DNA of 64,000 nucleotides from Theionarchaea archaeon (GTDB lineage Archaea; Methanobacteriota_B; Thermococci; Methanofastidiosales; SZ-28-30): NCBI GenBank assembly GCA_018992685.1, contig JACVGT010000003.1, positions 32,001 to 96,000 of the forward strand, read 5' to 3'. Shown piece by piece: positions 51,483 to 63,908 of this stretch (position 1 is its first letter; each line of letters starts with the position of its first letter). The notes under the pieces were generated by a model. It saw only the letters and a program-made list of their open reading frames with translations, ran no database searches and was not told where the DNA came from. The position numbers and the translations under genes were made by a program.

Positions 51483-52991
51483 ATGAATACACATCTACTG
51501 CAGAGAGTAGAGAAACTTGCAGGAGACGATAGTGCTCTAGAACATGCTGAAAAAGTGCAAGAACAAGTTCTACGCAGTATTCTAAAGGCAAACAGAAATA
51601 CTGTATTCGGCAAGGACCATTCATTCTGTGAGATTGATTCCATAGAGTCTTACCAGAAGAGACTACCTCTGGCTCGTTACGATGACTTCAGACTGTATCT
51701 TGAACTGATGAAGGCCGGTGTCCCACATATCCTTCTAGCAGAGGATTTTCCTCGTTGGGCAGAAACCAGTGGAACGCTCTCTTCTCCAAAGCTGTACCCG
51801 ATTCCCGAGGTCATGGCAGAGCATTTTGGCAGAACCCTGGCCAAGATTGTGGTGAGCTGCGTGGAGGAAGAGCCATCCAGAAAATTCCTCCTGGAAGGCA
51901 AGATGCTCATGGTGGTGGCTGATGTGGCAAGCCGGTATGTAGCAGGCAAACCGGTGGGGTACATTTCAGGTGTGGTATCCCATGATGTACAGCAGCTGCC
52001 AGGGATGGCAGAGGCCTTCACTCCTTCTCAGAAGGTGTTAGCTATGGGAGATTGGGAAGAACGGTGGCTGGAACTGACGAGGCATGCTTCGAGAGAGAAT
52101 GTTACCATGAGCTGTTCCACGCCTCCCATTCTTCTGTCATACTTCAAGAAAGTGATTTCAGAATACCGTCCTCTCCTAGGCCTACCCGACACCATACCAA
52201 CGATCTGGCCCAACCTTGAGCTTATAACAGGAGCAGGGGTAAGAATGTCCCTGTACAGGAAGCAGTACCAGAAGCTTCTGGGAGACCAGGTGTGTTGCCG
52301 GGAGTTCTACTGTGCCACAGAAGGGTTCTTCGCCTATCAGAAAGATGAGAGAGAGGGGCTTACACCTATTCTCAACCATGTGTTCTACGAGTTCATTCCG
52401 CTTGACGAGTGGAACCAGATGGAAGAACCCCACAACTACAAGACTCATCCCCTGACGCGACTTTCCTACACTCGGGTTTCCCTCAACACGGACTACGTGC
52501 TGGCAGTGACTACTCCCGGTGGGCTGTACAGCTACATCATTGGGGATATCGTTCGGTTCATTGGGCCTGACAGACTGTTTTGGGTTGGCCGGCTAGGATG
52601 GGAAAGCAGTGTGGCTGGAGAGAAGTTCAACGAAATGCACATGTCCATGCTGAGGCAGTCAATGGAATCTACGCTGGGTGTTGAGATCACCAACCACATG
52701 GCAGCAGTGAAGGACGACCCTTTGCGGTACGTCTTTGCCTTTGAATTCGAGGAGAGCATTGATGTGAACACAGTCGTTGAGACAGTGGACAGGTCACTAC
52801 GGGAGGTAAATGCCATATATGATGATTTGAGGAAAAAAAATGTACTCAAATGTCCAGATATCGTTGCTCTCCAGAAAGGAACTTTTGATCGCTATATCAA
52901 GCGGAAACAGAAAGAGGAAAAGTCACTTGGGCAGATTAAGCCACCGTTGTTTGCAGATTCCGCCTTGATAGATGAGTTGGCAGAAGACTAG
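51483..52991 (+). CDS. GH3-family acyl-adenylate amido synthetase
   Basis: NTVFGK.H.F, TSGT...K..P, YCATEG, FYEFIP, GLYSYIIGDIV, GQIKPP. Confidence 0.9.
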   Translation: MNTHLLQRVEKLAGDDSALEHAEKVQEQVLRSILKANRNTVFGKDHSFCEIDSIESYQKRLPLARYDDFRLYLELMKAGVPHILLAEDFPRWAETSGTLSSPKLYPIPEVMAEHFGRTLAKIVVSCVEEEPSRKFLLEGKMLMVVADVASRYVAGKPVGYISGVVSHDVQQLPGMAEAFTPSQKVLAMGDWEERWLELTRHASRENVTMSCSTPPILLSYFKKVISEYRPLLGLPDTIPTIWPNLELITGAGVRMSLYRKQYQKLLGDQVCCREFYCATEGFFAYQKDEREGLTPILNHVFYEFIPLDEWNQMEEPHNYKTHPLTRLSYTRVSLNTDYVLAVTTPGGLYSYIIGDIVRFIGPDRLFWVGRLGWESSVAGEKFNEMHMSMLRQSMESTLGVEITNHMAAVKDDPLRYVFAFEFEESIDVNTVVETVDRSLREVNAIYDDLRKKNVLKCPDIVALQKGTFDRYIKRKQKEEKSLGQIKPPLFADSALIDELAED

Positions 52992-53017
52992 GTACATCAG
53001 GGGTGGTGAGAAATCTC

Positions 53018-54496
53018 ATGGTTCGATTCCTGCTAGTGAACAGTCACAAGTGGGAACCTCCATCCCCTCCTGCTGCTCTGGATTATGTAGCAGAGCAGTT
53101 GGAGGGTGAGGGTGTTGCCACGGATCTTGTGGATGTAGCCTTTACCAGTGAAGATGATGTGAGAGCCTTGCTTCAGACCACGCACTACGATGGTGCGTGC
53201 ATGACTATCCGCAACCTGGAACGCACCGCCTTTTCTGAGACTCTCCATTTTCCTCTCCCTGCCACGAGGTCCCTCGTCCACTTGATAAAGAGCTACTGCA
53301 AAGGGCCTGTTGTGGTGGGAGGAAATGGATTCTCCATCTTGCCAGAGAGGATTTTGGAGTATGTAGGAGCAGATTACGGCATCTACGGGTGTGGAGAGAC
53401 TTCTCTTCCTTTACTACTCAGGTACATACTCCATGGGGCAGGAAACATATCTGAAATTCCGTATGTGGTCCACCGTGAAGACGGCACAGTGAAGCGCAAC
53501 CCACCTGGACCCTTCAGAAGAGAGCTCCCTGTGGTGAAGAGAGGGCGAGTAGACTATCACATGTATTACAGCCCGGGCCACCAGCACTTTTCTGGATTTG
53601 GAGTCGTTGAGACTAAGAGAGGATGCCCTCACCGGTGCATCTACTGTGTTGAACCCTTCATCAAGGGGAAGCAAGTGCGAGTAAAATCACCTGGTTCTGT
53701 GGCAGCAGAAATTGACTGGTTTCTTGACCAGGGTATCAGCTACTTGTTCATTGCAGACAGTGAGTTCAATGCAGACTACGAAGCTGCAGTGAACCTGGTT
53801 ACCTACCTTAAACAACATGGATATCACCGGAAGATCAGATGGATTGCATATGTGACCCCCACTCTTTTTACAGAGGAACTGGCAGCACTCTTGTCCCAAT
53901 CGGGGGTTCTAAGTCTCATGATAGACTTCGGCCACGTCAACCCGACGATCCTCTCAAACCTTGGGAAGGCCCACACACCTCGGGACATTGAACGTGTCAT
54001 AGCATGGTGTGACGAATATGCCATACCCTTCAGGGGGAGTCTGATGCTGGGAGGTCCTGGGGAAACATATGGCACCATTGAGGAAGCTATAGAATTCTTC
54101 AAGAGGTACTCCTGCAAAGTATTCACGATTTTGGGGATCCGCGTGTTTCCCAATACTCCACTGGGAGAAGCTGTCCAGAGAGAAAGAATTTCAGAAAACC
54201 CACATCTCTGTGGAAAGGTACTCCAGAATGACGATCTCTTGGAGCCAGTCTACTATATTTCTCAGGACCTAGGAGAAAATGTCTTCACGTACTGCGAGAC
54301 CCTCACTGGTGACTCAGAGCAGTTCTATACAGTTACTTCTCCCTTCAGATTGACAAGAATCATGCACGGACCTTTCAGAGGAGTCCATCCTGAATATGAA
54401 CTCTATGGCTGTCCCAAGACCCGCTATCTAACCCGCCTTTCGAGAGATGCAGTTGAAGCTCCGCTTTTTGAGGAAGATGAGGAGAGGTCTTCATGA
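53018..54496 (+). CDS. cobalamin-dependent radical SAM methyltransferase, TsrM/CloN6-like
   Basis: PP.PP.ALDY, TIRN, VVGG.GFS, ETKRGCPHRCIYCVEP, DSEFN, LGGPGET. Confidence 0.85.
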   Translation: MVRFLLVNSHKWEPPSPPAALDYVAEQLEGEGVATDLVDVAFTSEDDVRALLQTTHYDGACMTIRNLERTAFSETLHFPLPATRSLVHLIKSYCKGPVVVGGNGFSILPERILEYVGADYGIYGCGETSLPLLLRYILHGAGNISEIPYVVHREDGTVKRNPPGPFRRELPVVKRGRVDYHMYYSPGHQHFSGFGVVETKRGCPHRCIYCVEPFIKGKQVRVKSPGSVAAEIDWFLDQGISYLFIADSEFNADYEAAVNLVTYLKQHGYHRKIRWIAYVTPTLFTEELAALLSQSGVLSLMIDFGHVNPTILSNLGKAHTPRDIERVIAWCDEYAIPFRGSLMLGGPGETYGTIEEAIEFFKRYSCKVFTILGIRVFPNTPLGEAVQRERISENPHLCGKVLQNDDLLEPVYYISQDLGENVFTYCETLTGDSEQFYTVTSPFRLTRIMHGPFRGVHPEYELYGCPKTRYLTRLSRDAVEAPLFEEDEERSS

Positions 54497-54655
54497 ACGA
54501 AATGTCTTTGAAAAATCTCCTTTGATGCTCTGGAGTGTGGCGTCAGGTGTTGGTCTTTCTGCCTGACATGGGAGTCACTACGTGCAACACCCAGCATTGC
54601 CTAGATATTTCTTCACGGGGATCCACAATATGATACTGTTGATCTCCCTACGTCT

Positions 54656-55351
54656 CTAGTGACCTGTAGCCTTTCCCAGGGTCATTCCGTAAAGCAGTAC
54701 CAGAAAAGCGATGATACACAGTGTATAGAATATCCAATCGAAGGCAGTACCGAAGTAGAAGGACCCGATTCCATTGGCCAGGCTATAGGTTAACCAGGCC
54801 GCTGCCACAAGAAGGACGCTGATTCTCCGGGGATTGTCGGGTTCGAGCCGCAACCAGATGTAGAAGAAAATCACAGCCACTAAGGATAGTATGGGAAAAA
54901 TGAATCCCGTGGCCACTACCACGAATACGTTTTTGAGAATAGCCTCTGTGGAAAGCGTGAAGGGAAAACACAGGATGACTGCCAGCATAACCACAAAAAG
55001 CAGGATGCTGAAGGGTTTGCGCATGAATGAGTGCGCCTTGAAGTACAGGAGAGATGTGCCGTAATACAAGAGGGCAAGGGACAAAGCAGCCAGAAAGGCA
55101 CCCAAGAGGGCAAAGTACATGTTAGTAGTGGGATCATCAAAGTAGCGCATGGAGAGAATGGGAATCTGCGACAGACCAAAAAAGGAAAATCCAGTTCCCA
55201 GTATCAATGGAACTTCCGATTTCTTCTGAGAGTAAATCCTGAAAAAATACACTGCCAGCAAGAATTTCACACCAATGCTTACAAGGGTACTGGTCCATCT
55301 CAGAATCTCCAAAGTAAGGATTATGATCACCTCTTCTCCCCCTTTTTCCAC
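54656..55351 (-). CDS. hypothetical ~7-TM membrane protein
   Basis: About seven hydrophobic helices and no soluble domain. Confidence 0.65.
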   Translation of the reverse strand: MEKGGEEVIIILTLEILRWTSTLVSIGVKFLLAVYFFRIYSQKKSEVPLILGTGFSFFGLSQIPILSMRYFDDPTTNMYFALLGAFLAALSLALLYYGTSLLYFKAHSFMRKPFSILLFVVMLAVILCFPFTLSTEAILKNVFVVVATGFIFPILSLVAVIFFYIWLRLEPDNPRRISVLLVAAAWLTYSLANGIGSFYFGTAFDWIFYTLCIIAFLVLLYGMTLGKATGH

Positions 55352-55544
55352 CCATTTTACTTAAATAGTTTTCGGTTGAGGCTGCAAGATGTTGTTTTGA
55401 CTCGAACCAAGGATAGAGGAGAATTCTCATGAACACATGTTGAAACGTACGTGATCTTGCTCATGGGATAATCACGCCCATATGTGGGAATCAGGAGAAG
55501 GTTCGTAGAAACCTTTTTTAGGTTCTCCTTTGTCCTGAGGGGAC

Positions 55545-56303
55545 ATGATTGACTATCACATTCATTCCACGTTTTCCATCGATGGAAGATCACATGCCAG
55601 AGACTATCTGTTCTCAGCCATGGTCCTCGATCTCGAGGAAATTGGCTTCTCAGAACACGTGGATCTGGATCCCACGTTGGGAGGATTCAACTACCTGGAC
55701 TACCCCGGGTATGAAGAAGCTCTTGAACACCTGAAGGTTGAATCCCCTGTGGTCATCAGGCGCGGAATAGAGGTCAGTCACCAGAAGCATCTGGAACCAT
55801 CGATCCGGGACTACATATCCTCTACATCATGTGACTATGTGATAGGATCTGTTCATGAAGTGGATGGCGTGACAATGGATGACACTTTTCTAGACCATTC
55901 AACTCCTCACTCTTATTTTGAAGCAGTCCAATCGATGGCAGCTTCTGGTCTGGTGGATGTGGTGGGCCACCTTGAGTATTTCAAGAGGTGGGGAGGTAAC
56001 TACTCTTCTTCAGACTGTAAATCAGTCATTTTGCCCGTATTGCAGACGATTGTTGAGAAGAGCCTGGTCCTGGAGATCAATACTTCCGGGCTGCGCCATC
56101 CTGTGTGTGACACCTACCCGTCTCTCAACGTCCTGAAGTGGTACAGGGACCTTGGAGGGATCCTCATAACACTGGGGTCTGATGCCCATGAAGCTTCCCA
56201 GGTTGCATTCCAATTCGAACCTGTGCTTCTCCAGCTCAAGGAAATTGGGTTTAGTCATCTCGTCACCTTTGACCACAGAACCCGTAGCTATCACCGTTTT
56301 TGA
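55545..56303 (+). CDS. PHP-family histidinol-phosphatase (HisJ/HisK-like)
   Basis: DYHIHS, SEH, GIE, IGSVH, GHL, EINTSG, GSDAH. Confidence 0.88.
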   Translation: MIDYHIHSTFSIDGRSHARDYLFSAMVLDLEEIGFSEHVDLDPTLGGFNYLDYPGYEEALEHLKVESPVVIRRGIEVSHQKHLEPSIRDYISSTSCDYVIGSVHEVDGVTMDDTFLDHSTPHSYFEAVQSMAASGLVDVVGHLEYFKRWGGNYSSSDCKSVILPVLQTIVEKSLVLEINTSGLRHPVCDTYPSLNVLKWYRDLGGILITLGSDAHEASQVAFQFEPVLLQLKEIGFSHLVTFDHRTRSYHRF

Positions 56304-56383
56304 TTCCAGGACTCTCACTTCCACTCCTGCTTTTCTATCCCCACTACCGAAAAGTTTATATTATGCAACATTGATTAATAACT

Positions 56384-57088
56384 ATGATTAAAGCTTTCGC
56401 CATCACCATGTTAATAGCAATAATGGGAAGCTCGATCTCGGAATTCAGTCTTTCTCCACATGATGAGTTCAGACTGCATTTCCAGCATGATTACGTGTTC
56501 AGTATAGAAGAATGCGGTGCCCAGTGTATTACCTTGACCGTTTCTCAGATGACTGATGGAATCCCCACATGGACGGGTCAGTTGTTTGACCTCCAGGAGA
56601 AAAAGAGTTATCCACTGCAGATGGAATTTGAGGACGTTCAATTCGAGTCTGTCTATGTAGTGTCCATTGATGCAGTAAGTGTCTTGAGGATCAGCTATCG
56701 GGAACCTGTGGTCACACAGTCTCAGGAGCGGCTGGTGAAAGCTTCCTCTGAGAAGGAGACAATGAGAACCGCCTCGTGGGTGATCATTCTTGAGCTGAGT
56801 GCGGTAGTTTTTTTGGTTTTCTTGGCGGCCTACCGCATCCTGCACAAAGACAAGAGCAGGTCACCTGAGGAGGAAGGTGAATTTACCGGGAGCCCACACT
56901 TGCCTCGTCCTGTTCTAGGATTTCATGACGAGTGGCAGCCGGGAATCCCACGTTGTGAAGAGGAAGACTCAGATCTAGAACTGCTTCAGCGCATCAGGGA
57001 ACTGGAGAACCTCAAAGAAATGGAGATGCAGCGCAGAATGAGGAGAAGGCAGGAAGAAGCAGAAAACATGGGACTGGACTGGATCTAA
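56384..57088 (+). CDS. hypothetical single-pass membrane protein
   Basis: Signal peptide, TM, acidic tail; BRE-TATA upstream. Confidence 0.6.
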   Translation: MIKAFAITMLIAIMGSSISEFSLSPHDEFRLHFQHDYVFSIEECGAQCITLTVSQMTDGIPTWTGQLFDLQEKKSYPLQMEFEDVQFESVYVVSIDAVSVLRISYREPVVTQSQERLVKASSEKETMRTASWVIILELSAVVFLVFLAAYRILHKDKSRSPEEEGEFTGSPHLPRPVLGFHDEWQPGIPRCEEEDSDLELLQRIRELENLKEMEMQRRMRRRQEEAENMGLDWI

Positions 57089-57091
57089 CAA

Positions 57092-57697
57092 TCAGATACA
57101 GACAGATTCTTTTTCCAGGAATCCCATTTCTTTCTCCGAGAAAGCTTCGGGATCCACGGGAATGAGTATAATCCCCCCGTGACGGGAGATGACTTCACGG
57201 ATGATGTAGAGCTGTTTGAGAACTGGTTCGAATTTGTTGTGGACGATGAGGTATTCCAGTCCATCCAGCAGGATGACGGGGTCCTTCTGGTCAAATACGG
57301 CTTCACTGATTATGTAGGACAGCTTGTGCAGCTGCGTTGGGTACAGGACATTCTCATCTTCTTTTTGACTCAGCCACAGAGTGGGGGCCTCACACAGGTT
57401 GTAGACAGTTCTTATTCGAGGAGGGCTCATCCGGGTTATGATAAGACCGGTGGCATTCTTACTGAACCAGTCTGCAAAAAGTGAATAGGAGCGTCCCACA
57501 TCTCTTCCTTTTACCAGATACATGGTTCCTTTTTCCAGATGCGGTCGTTCTGAAGGTACTTCTGTGGGCTGGGCAAAAAATCGGGTCAACTTGAAAGCAG
57601 CGAGAGCAAGAAGGGCCAGTACTGCAGTGTGTAGCCCTGAGTACTGAACCATGCTTTGAATTACTACCCTTGTCTCAGCCTGTATCACGAGCACCAT
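57092..57697 (-). CDS. membrane-anchored DUF835 protein
   Basis: GLIITR..P, LWLS, LLDGLEYLI..N.F; GGAGG RBS just after the gyrB stop. Confidence 0.85.
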   Translation of the reverse strand: MVLVIQAETRVVIQSMVQYSGLHTAVLALLALAAFKLTRFFAQPTEVPSERPHLEKGTMYLVKGRDVGRSYSLFADWFSKNATGLIITRMSPPRIRTVYNLCEAPTLWLSQKEDENVLYPTQLHKLSYIISEAVFDQKDPVILLDGLEYLIVHNKFEPVLKQLYIIREVISRHGGIILIPVDPEAFSEKEMGFLEKESVCI

Positions 57698-57707
57698 GCT
57701 TTTCCTC

Positions 57708-59672
<1,965 letters not shown>

Positions 59673-59759
59673 CTACAAAGGGATACCATTCCGCATGAGG
59701 TATCTCTTTTCCTCAGCGGATGAAAAGACTGCTTCAGTCATGAGAAAAGAGAATACAGA

Positions 59760-60329
59760 TCAGCTTACAACTTTGGCTTTGACAATTTCAACTCTTCTCA
59801 AAGGATACACACTCTTTGCAGCTCTGAAAGCATCAGAAGCCACTTTGCTGAGGAATAGCTCCTGTACGAATTGCTCAAGCGTCAAATTCGAAGCAGATTC
59901 TGAAATTGCTTGACTGATCGCCTTTCGCAAAGCCGCTTCCTGCTGGTTGGTGGTAGTCCGGTAGCACAGCCCTGCCGCAGTGACCCGTACCTTCTTTCCA
60001 TCTTTCGTGGCAATGTCGGTGATGGCCTCTACTTTCGTGTTCCGTCTCCTAATCTGAGCCCTCATGTACGAGCGAGAAACCTCGTGACGCAGAAACTCGG
60101 TATGAGCTTCATTGCCCTGCACCTCGTTTATCTTGAAACAGAGTTTGAGGTGACTTTTCTTGAAGTCTCCACTGAGTTCCTTTCCACTGACATCCACAGT
60201 TCTTCCAATGAGTTTCTTGGGGTCATCTGTAGGAGTCTCCCCCACATGCTGCTTTCCGAACATGGAGGGAGCATAGATGCCATACCATTCTTTTGCTTTC
60301 CATGGGTCTTTCTTTCGAAGTTTTGCCAT
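59760..60329 (-). CDS. rps3ae: 30S ribosomal protein S3Ae
   Basis: KDPWKAKEWY.I.AP..FG; YPLRRVEI.K. Confidence 0.95.
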   Translation of the reverse strand: MAKLRKKDPWKAKEWYGIYAPSMFGKQHVGETPTDDPKKLIGRTVDVSGKELSGDFKKSHLKLCFKINEVQGNEAHTEFLRHEVSRSYMRAQIRRRNTKVEAITDIATKDGKKVRVTAAGLCYRTTTNQQEAALRKAISQAISESASNLTLEQFVQELFLSKVASDAFRAAKSVYPLRRVEIVKAKVVS

Positions 60330-60598
60330 CAAATCACCTTGATAGAGCACACGAGAAATTTCCCCCTTATAAGGTTAATCCTCGGTGATCATCATAGTAC
60401 AAGATGACACAGACTCTTATTGGCTCGTTTTAAAGGTTTCCCTCATGAGACGTCAATATGAATAAGGGCAGCTCTTTTCAGAGGGTCAAGCTGGGGATAG
60501 GTTAAAAAGCGTTGGGCGTGAGCTGCAATCACGGAAGAATCTGAGACCTTTGAATCACTGTCTCAGAAAGGTTACAGCAAGAAGGGAGAGCGATCTCA

Positions 60599-61645
60599 AT
60601 GTTACCTTCAGAAACCATAGGACACATTGCAGTAAACGTGCCAAAGGTGGAACTTCATCTTCATCTAGAAGGGGCCATTCCTTTGGAAACACTGTTCCAC
60701 CTCATTCAGAAAAAGGGAGAACCTTCTATTGAAAATATTGACGATCTGCAAAGAAAACTGACGTACACTGACTTCGATCACTTTATTGACACATGGATCT
60801 GGAAGAACACCTTTATTACGGAGGAAAGAGACTTTGAGTGGATTACGTACGATGTACTGCGTAGTCTTACTTACCATCATGTGAAGTATGTGGAGGCCTT
60901 CTATTCACCGAGTGATTATTTTGGACAGGGATTTTCCACACAAAAGATTACCGAGTACGTTATCAAGGGCAAAGAAAGGGCCTACCGTGAATGTGGTATT
61001 CAGTGTGAACTGATCCTGGATGTTGTCCGGGGGAACAGTCTGGATTTGTGCATGCAGCAAGTTGAGGATGTGGAACCGTACCTGGGAAAGGGTGTGATTG
61101 GCATTGGACTTGGAGGAAGAGAGCAGAAATACCCTGCAGACACGTACAGCCTGGTATACAGGCAGGCCAAACAGAAAGGGTTCAGAGTTACAGCACATGC
61201 GGGAGAAGCAGATGGTCCTAAATCCATCTGGGCAGCCATCAGGGCATTGGGCTGTGAACGCATAGGGCACGGCGTGAGAGCCTTTGAAGATCCTGAACTG
61301 GTGCGTCTGCTCAGGGAGAAGAACCTCCCCCTGGAAATGTGCGTGATCAGCAATGTCCGAACAGGAGTTATTCCTTCTGTTGAAGCCCATCCCATTACAG
61401 AGTACTTCAGAAAAGGATTGCTGGTTACTGTCAATTCTGATGATCCCACCATGTTCAACACCACGGTGAGCAGAGAGTACAGCGTGCTGGCAGAGCAATT
61501 GGGATTTTCTTTGGAGGACCTGAAACGTATTAGTTTCAATGGGATTACTGCTTCTTTCTTGCCTGAAAAGGATAAAGAATCATTGAAATGTTCTTTCGAG
61601 AAGGAGTGGGATGCCGTACTGGATACGTTCGTGCAGCACAGTTAG
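60599..61645 (+). CDS. add: adenosine/adenine deaminase
   Basis: PKVELHLHLEG, HAGE, RIGHG, NSDDP. Confidence 0.92.
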   Translation: MLPSETIGHIAVNVPKVELHLHLEGAIPLETLFHLIQKKGEPSIENIDDLQRKLTYTDFDHFIDTWIWKNTFITEERDFEWITYDVLRSLTYHHVKYVEAFYSPSDYFGQGFSTQKITEYVIKGKERAYRECGIQCELILDVVRGNSLDLCMQQVEDVEPYLGKGVIGIGLGGREQKYPADTYSLVYRQAKQKGFRVTAHAGEADGPKSIWAAIRALGCERIGHGVRAFEDPELVRLLREKNLPLEMCVISNVRTGVIPSVEAHPITEYFRKGLLVTVNSDDPTMFNTTVSREYSVLAEQLGFSLEDLKRISFNGITASFLPEKDKESLKCSFEKEWDAVLDTFVQHS

Positions 61646-61693
61646 CCTTTGAAAGAGCGACAACATTTTTAAACCAGCAGGAAGATTTGAACC

Positions 61694-62230
61694 ATGGTGC
61701 ACTTCATCACATCCAATGCCCACAAATTTGCTGAAGTAAAGAAGCTGACAGACATTCCTCTGGTCCAGATGAATCTCCCCTATCCTGAGATCCAGGCAGA
61801 TACTCTCCAGGAAGTCGCGGAATATGGTGCTGAATATTGCTATGAACGAGTAGGAGAACCGTGCTTTGTGGAGGATTCAGGGCTATTCTGTGATGCGCTC
61901 CTGGGATTTCCGGGACCATACTCCAACTATGTGGATCGGACTCTTGGATGTGATGGGATCTTGCGCTTGGTTTCCCAGAATAGGAAAGCACACTTCACTT
62001 CTGTAATTGCCTACCATGACGGTTCAAAGGTCAACCTTTTTATGGGCGAGGTCGGAGGTACCCTCACAGAAACCAAAAAAGGCGAAAAAGGCTTCGGGTT
62101 TGACCCTATATTTGTCCCCGAAGGTGAAACCAGAACCTTTGCTGAAATGGAGACTGAAGAGAAAAACTTATATTCCCATAGAGGAAAAGCGTTTACAGCG
62201 TTTATTAGCTATTTGAATCAGGTGAGATAA
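61694..62230 (+). CDS. rdgB: XTP/dITP diphosphatase (HAM1)
   Basis: [30 protein letters not shown]. Confidence 0.95.
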   Translation: MVHFITSNAHKFAEVKKLTDIPLVQMNLPYPEIQADTLQEVAEYGAEYCYERVGEPCFVEDSGLFCDALLGFPGPYSNYVDRTLGCDGILRLVSQNRKAHFTSVIAYHDGSKVNLFMGEVGGTLTETKKGEKGFGFDPIFVPEGETRTFAEMETEEKNLYSHRGKAFTAFISYLNQVR

Positions 62231-62682
62231 TGGCAAAAATGCATTCAAAGAAAAGAGGAAAATCACGATCAAAACGTCCCCTGCGGACTGCTTCCCCCAC
62301 GTGGTCAGAGTACTCCAGAGAAGAGGTCACCGATCTCGTCCTGAGATACAGGAAGGAGGAGTTTTCACCGAGCACGATCGGGGTTGTGCTGCGCGATCGG
62401 CACGGCATTCCTTCTGTAAGACTGGCAACGGGGAAGAAAATCACCAAGATTTTGGAGGAACAAGATGAGGCTCCCAGTCTTCCTGAAGACTTGATGAATT
62501 TGATGAGGCAGGCTGTAAACCTGCGCAAACACATGGAAGAACATCCCGGAGACTTACATTCCAGGAGGGGGCTGCAGCTGTGTGAGTCCAAGATCAGACG
62601 TCTGGTCAAGTACTATCGCGGAAAGAAGCTCCCTGCAGACTGGAGGTATGAACCCGAAAGGGCCGAGCTTCTGGTGAGATAG
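62230..62682 (+). CDS. rps15: 30S ribosomal protein S15 (uS15)
   Basis: [30 protein letters not shown]. Confidence 0.97.
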   Translation: MAKMHSKKRGKSRSKRPLRTASPTWSEYSREEVTDLVLRYRKEEFSPSTIGVVLRDRHGIPSVRLATGKKITKILEEQDEAPSLPEDLMNLMRQAVNLRKHMEEHPGDLHSRRGLQLCESKIRRLVKYYRGKKLPADWRYEPERAELLVR

Positions 62683-62684
62683 AC

Positions 62685-63908
62685 GTGTCTGAATTCGAAG
62701 AGGCGCTTGTTGAAGCTTCCCGAACCCTGCAGGATAATCAACCTTTTCAGGTCGTCACACACGGAGATGTGGATGGAGTAGCTGCGGGCGCTCTTGCTGT
62801 ATCTGCGTTTGATTGCAGAGTGATTATTCAGAAGCGACTGGCTCTGCAGAACCTGGATTCTTCCCAGTTCACGCTGTTTCTGGATATGGGAAGCTCTCAA
62901 TCCCGAGAGATTGAAGAGAGGCTCTCACAGTACCTGATCATTGATCATCACCCTTCACCAGATTATGGTCCCCGGACTGTCAATCCATGGAAATACGGCA
63001 TTGATGGAACCCGTGAACTGTGTGCTGCATCCACCTTCTATCTCGTGATAAAGAGGTTGGGCGATGAATTCAAAAGACTGAGCTATCTCGGTCTGGTGGG
63101 TGCACTGGGTGACAGACAGAGTGTGGAACCCAGGAATGCTGAACTCTGGAAAGACGCAGTGGAGGCAGGAGTGCTCCACGGAACGGTCCTGTTCAATGCA
63201 TATGAGCTCTCAGAGTTCGTGCAGGTAGTCAATGCGTGCTGCAGAAACAGCAAGAAAGAACTGGGGATGGATGTATGTCTGCTCAGAAACTATCAACAGG
63301 GAAAGAGAGAGCTGGAAACATATAATCGTGTTTTTGAAAGAGATTTGCAGCACCTCACCGATAAATGGGAAATGATAATCAGAGAGAATGAAGGAAGAAT
63401 CTCTCTCTACATATACGATGATGCTATCACCAGAAAGTATGCTGGGGAACTGGCCACAAGACTGGCCCGGTCCTATGAAAGACCAGTGATCATCTTGGCC
63501 CATGATGGAGAAGGAATCAAGATCTCAGGGAGAGCCACTTCCGCACTTGTTAGAAAAGGTGTGCACCTGGGAAATGCATTTCAGGGATTCGGGGGTGGGC
63601 ATGATGTGGCAGCGGGTGCTTTTCTTGAGGATGAAGACATGATAGAAACATTTATACAGGTCACTGACCAAAGGCTTCATCGCATGATTGCTCCTGTCAG
63701 AGTAGAGCTTGATATTCCGGTCAAGGACGCTTCTCAGGTAATGAAAGCTTTGGCCGTCGATAACAAGGGATATGACACTGTTGACATTGTGGCAAAAGGA
63801 GATCACATCCTGGTGACTGCTTGGGGCCAGCCGGGAACAGTGAAGAATACTATCGATGATATTCTGGCCTGCGTCATATCTGCGTTGAGCATGATGGAGG
63901 GAGAGTAA
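62685..63908 (+). CDS. DHH/DHHA1 phosphoesterase with C-terminal KEOPS Pcc1-like domain
   Basis: HGDVDG, LDMG, IDHH, GALGD, GGGHDVAAG; last ~75 aa ALAVDN...VKNTIDDIL. Confidence 0.8.
   Translation: MSEFEEALVEASRTLQDNQPFQVVTHGDVDGVAAGALAVSAFDCRVIIQKRLALQNLDSSQFTLFLDMGSSQSREIEERLSQYLIIDHHPSPDYGPRTVNPWKYGIDGTRELCAASTFYLVIKRLGDEFKRLSYLGLVGALGDRQSVEPRNAELWKDAVEAGVLHGTVLFNAYELSEFVQVVNACCRNSKKELGMDVCLLRNYQQGKRELETYNRVFERDLQHLTDKWEMIIRENEGRISLYIYDDAITRKYAGELATRLARSYERPVIILAHDGEGIKISGRATSALVRKGVHLGNAFQGFGGGHDVAAGAFLEDEDMIETFIQVTDQRLHRMIAPVRVELDIPVKDASQVMKALAVDNKGYDTVDIVAKGDHILVTAWGQPGTVKNTIDDILACVISALSMMEGE

Noticed and set aside
55385-55480. Fragments VVLTRTKDR and DNHAHM suggest an HUH transposase relic
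   Set aside because: Too short and in different frames; cannot be supported without a search
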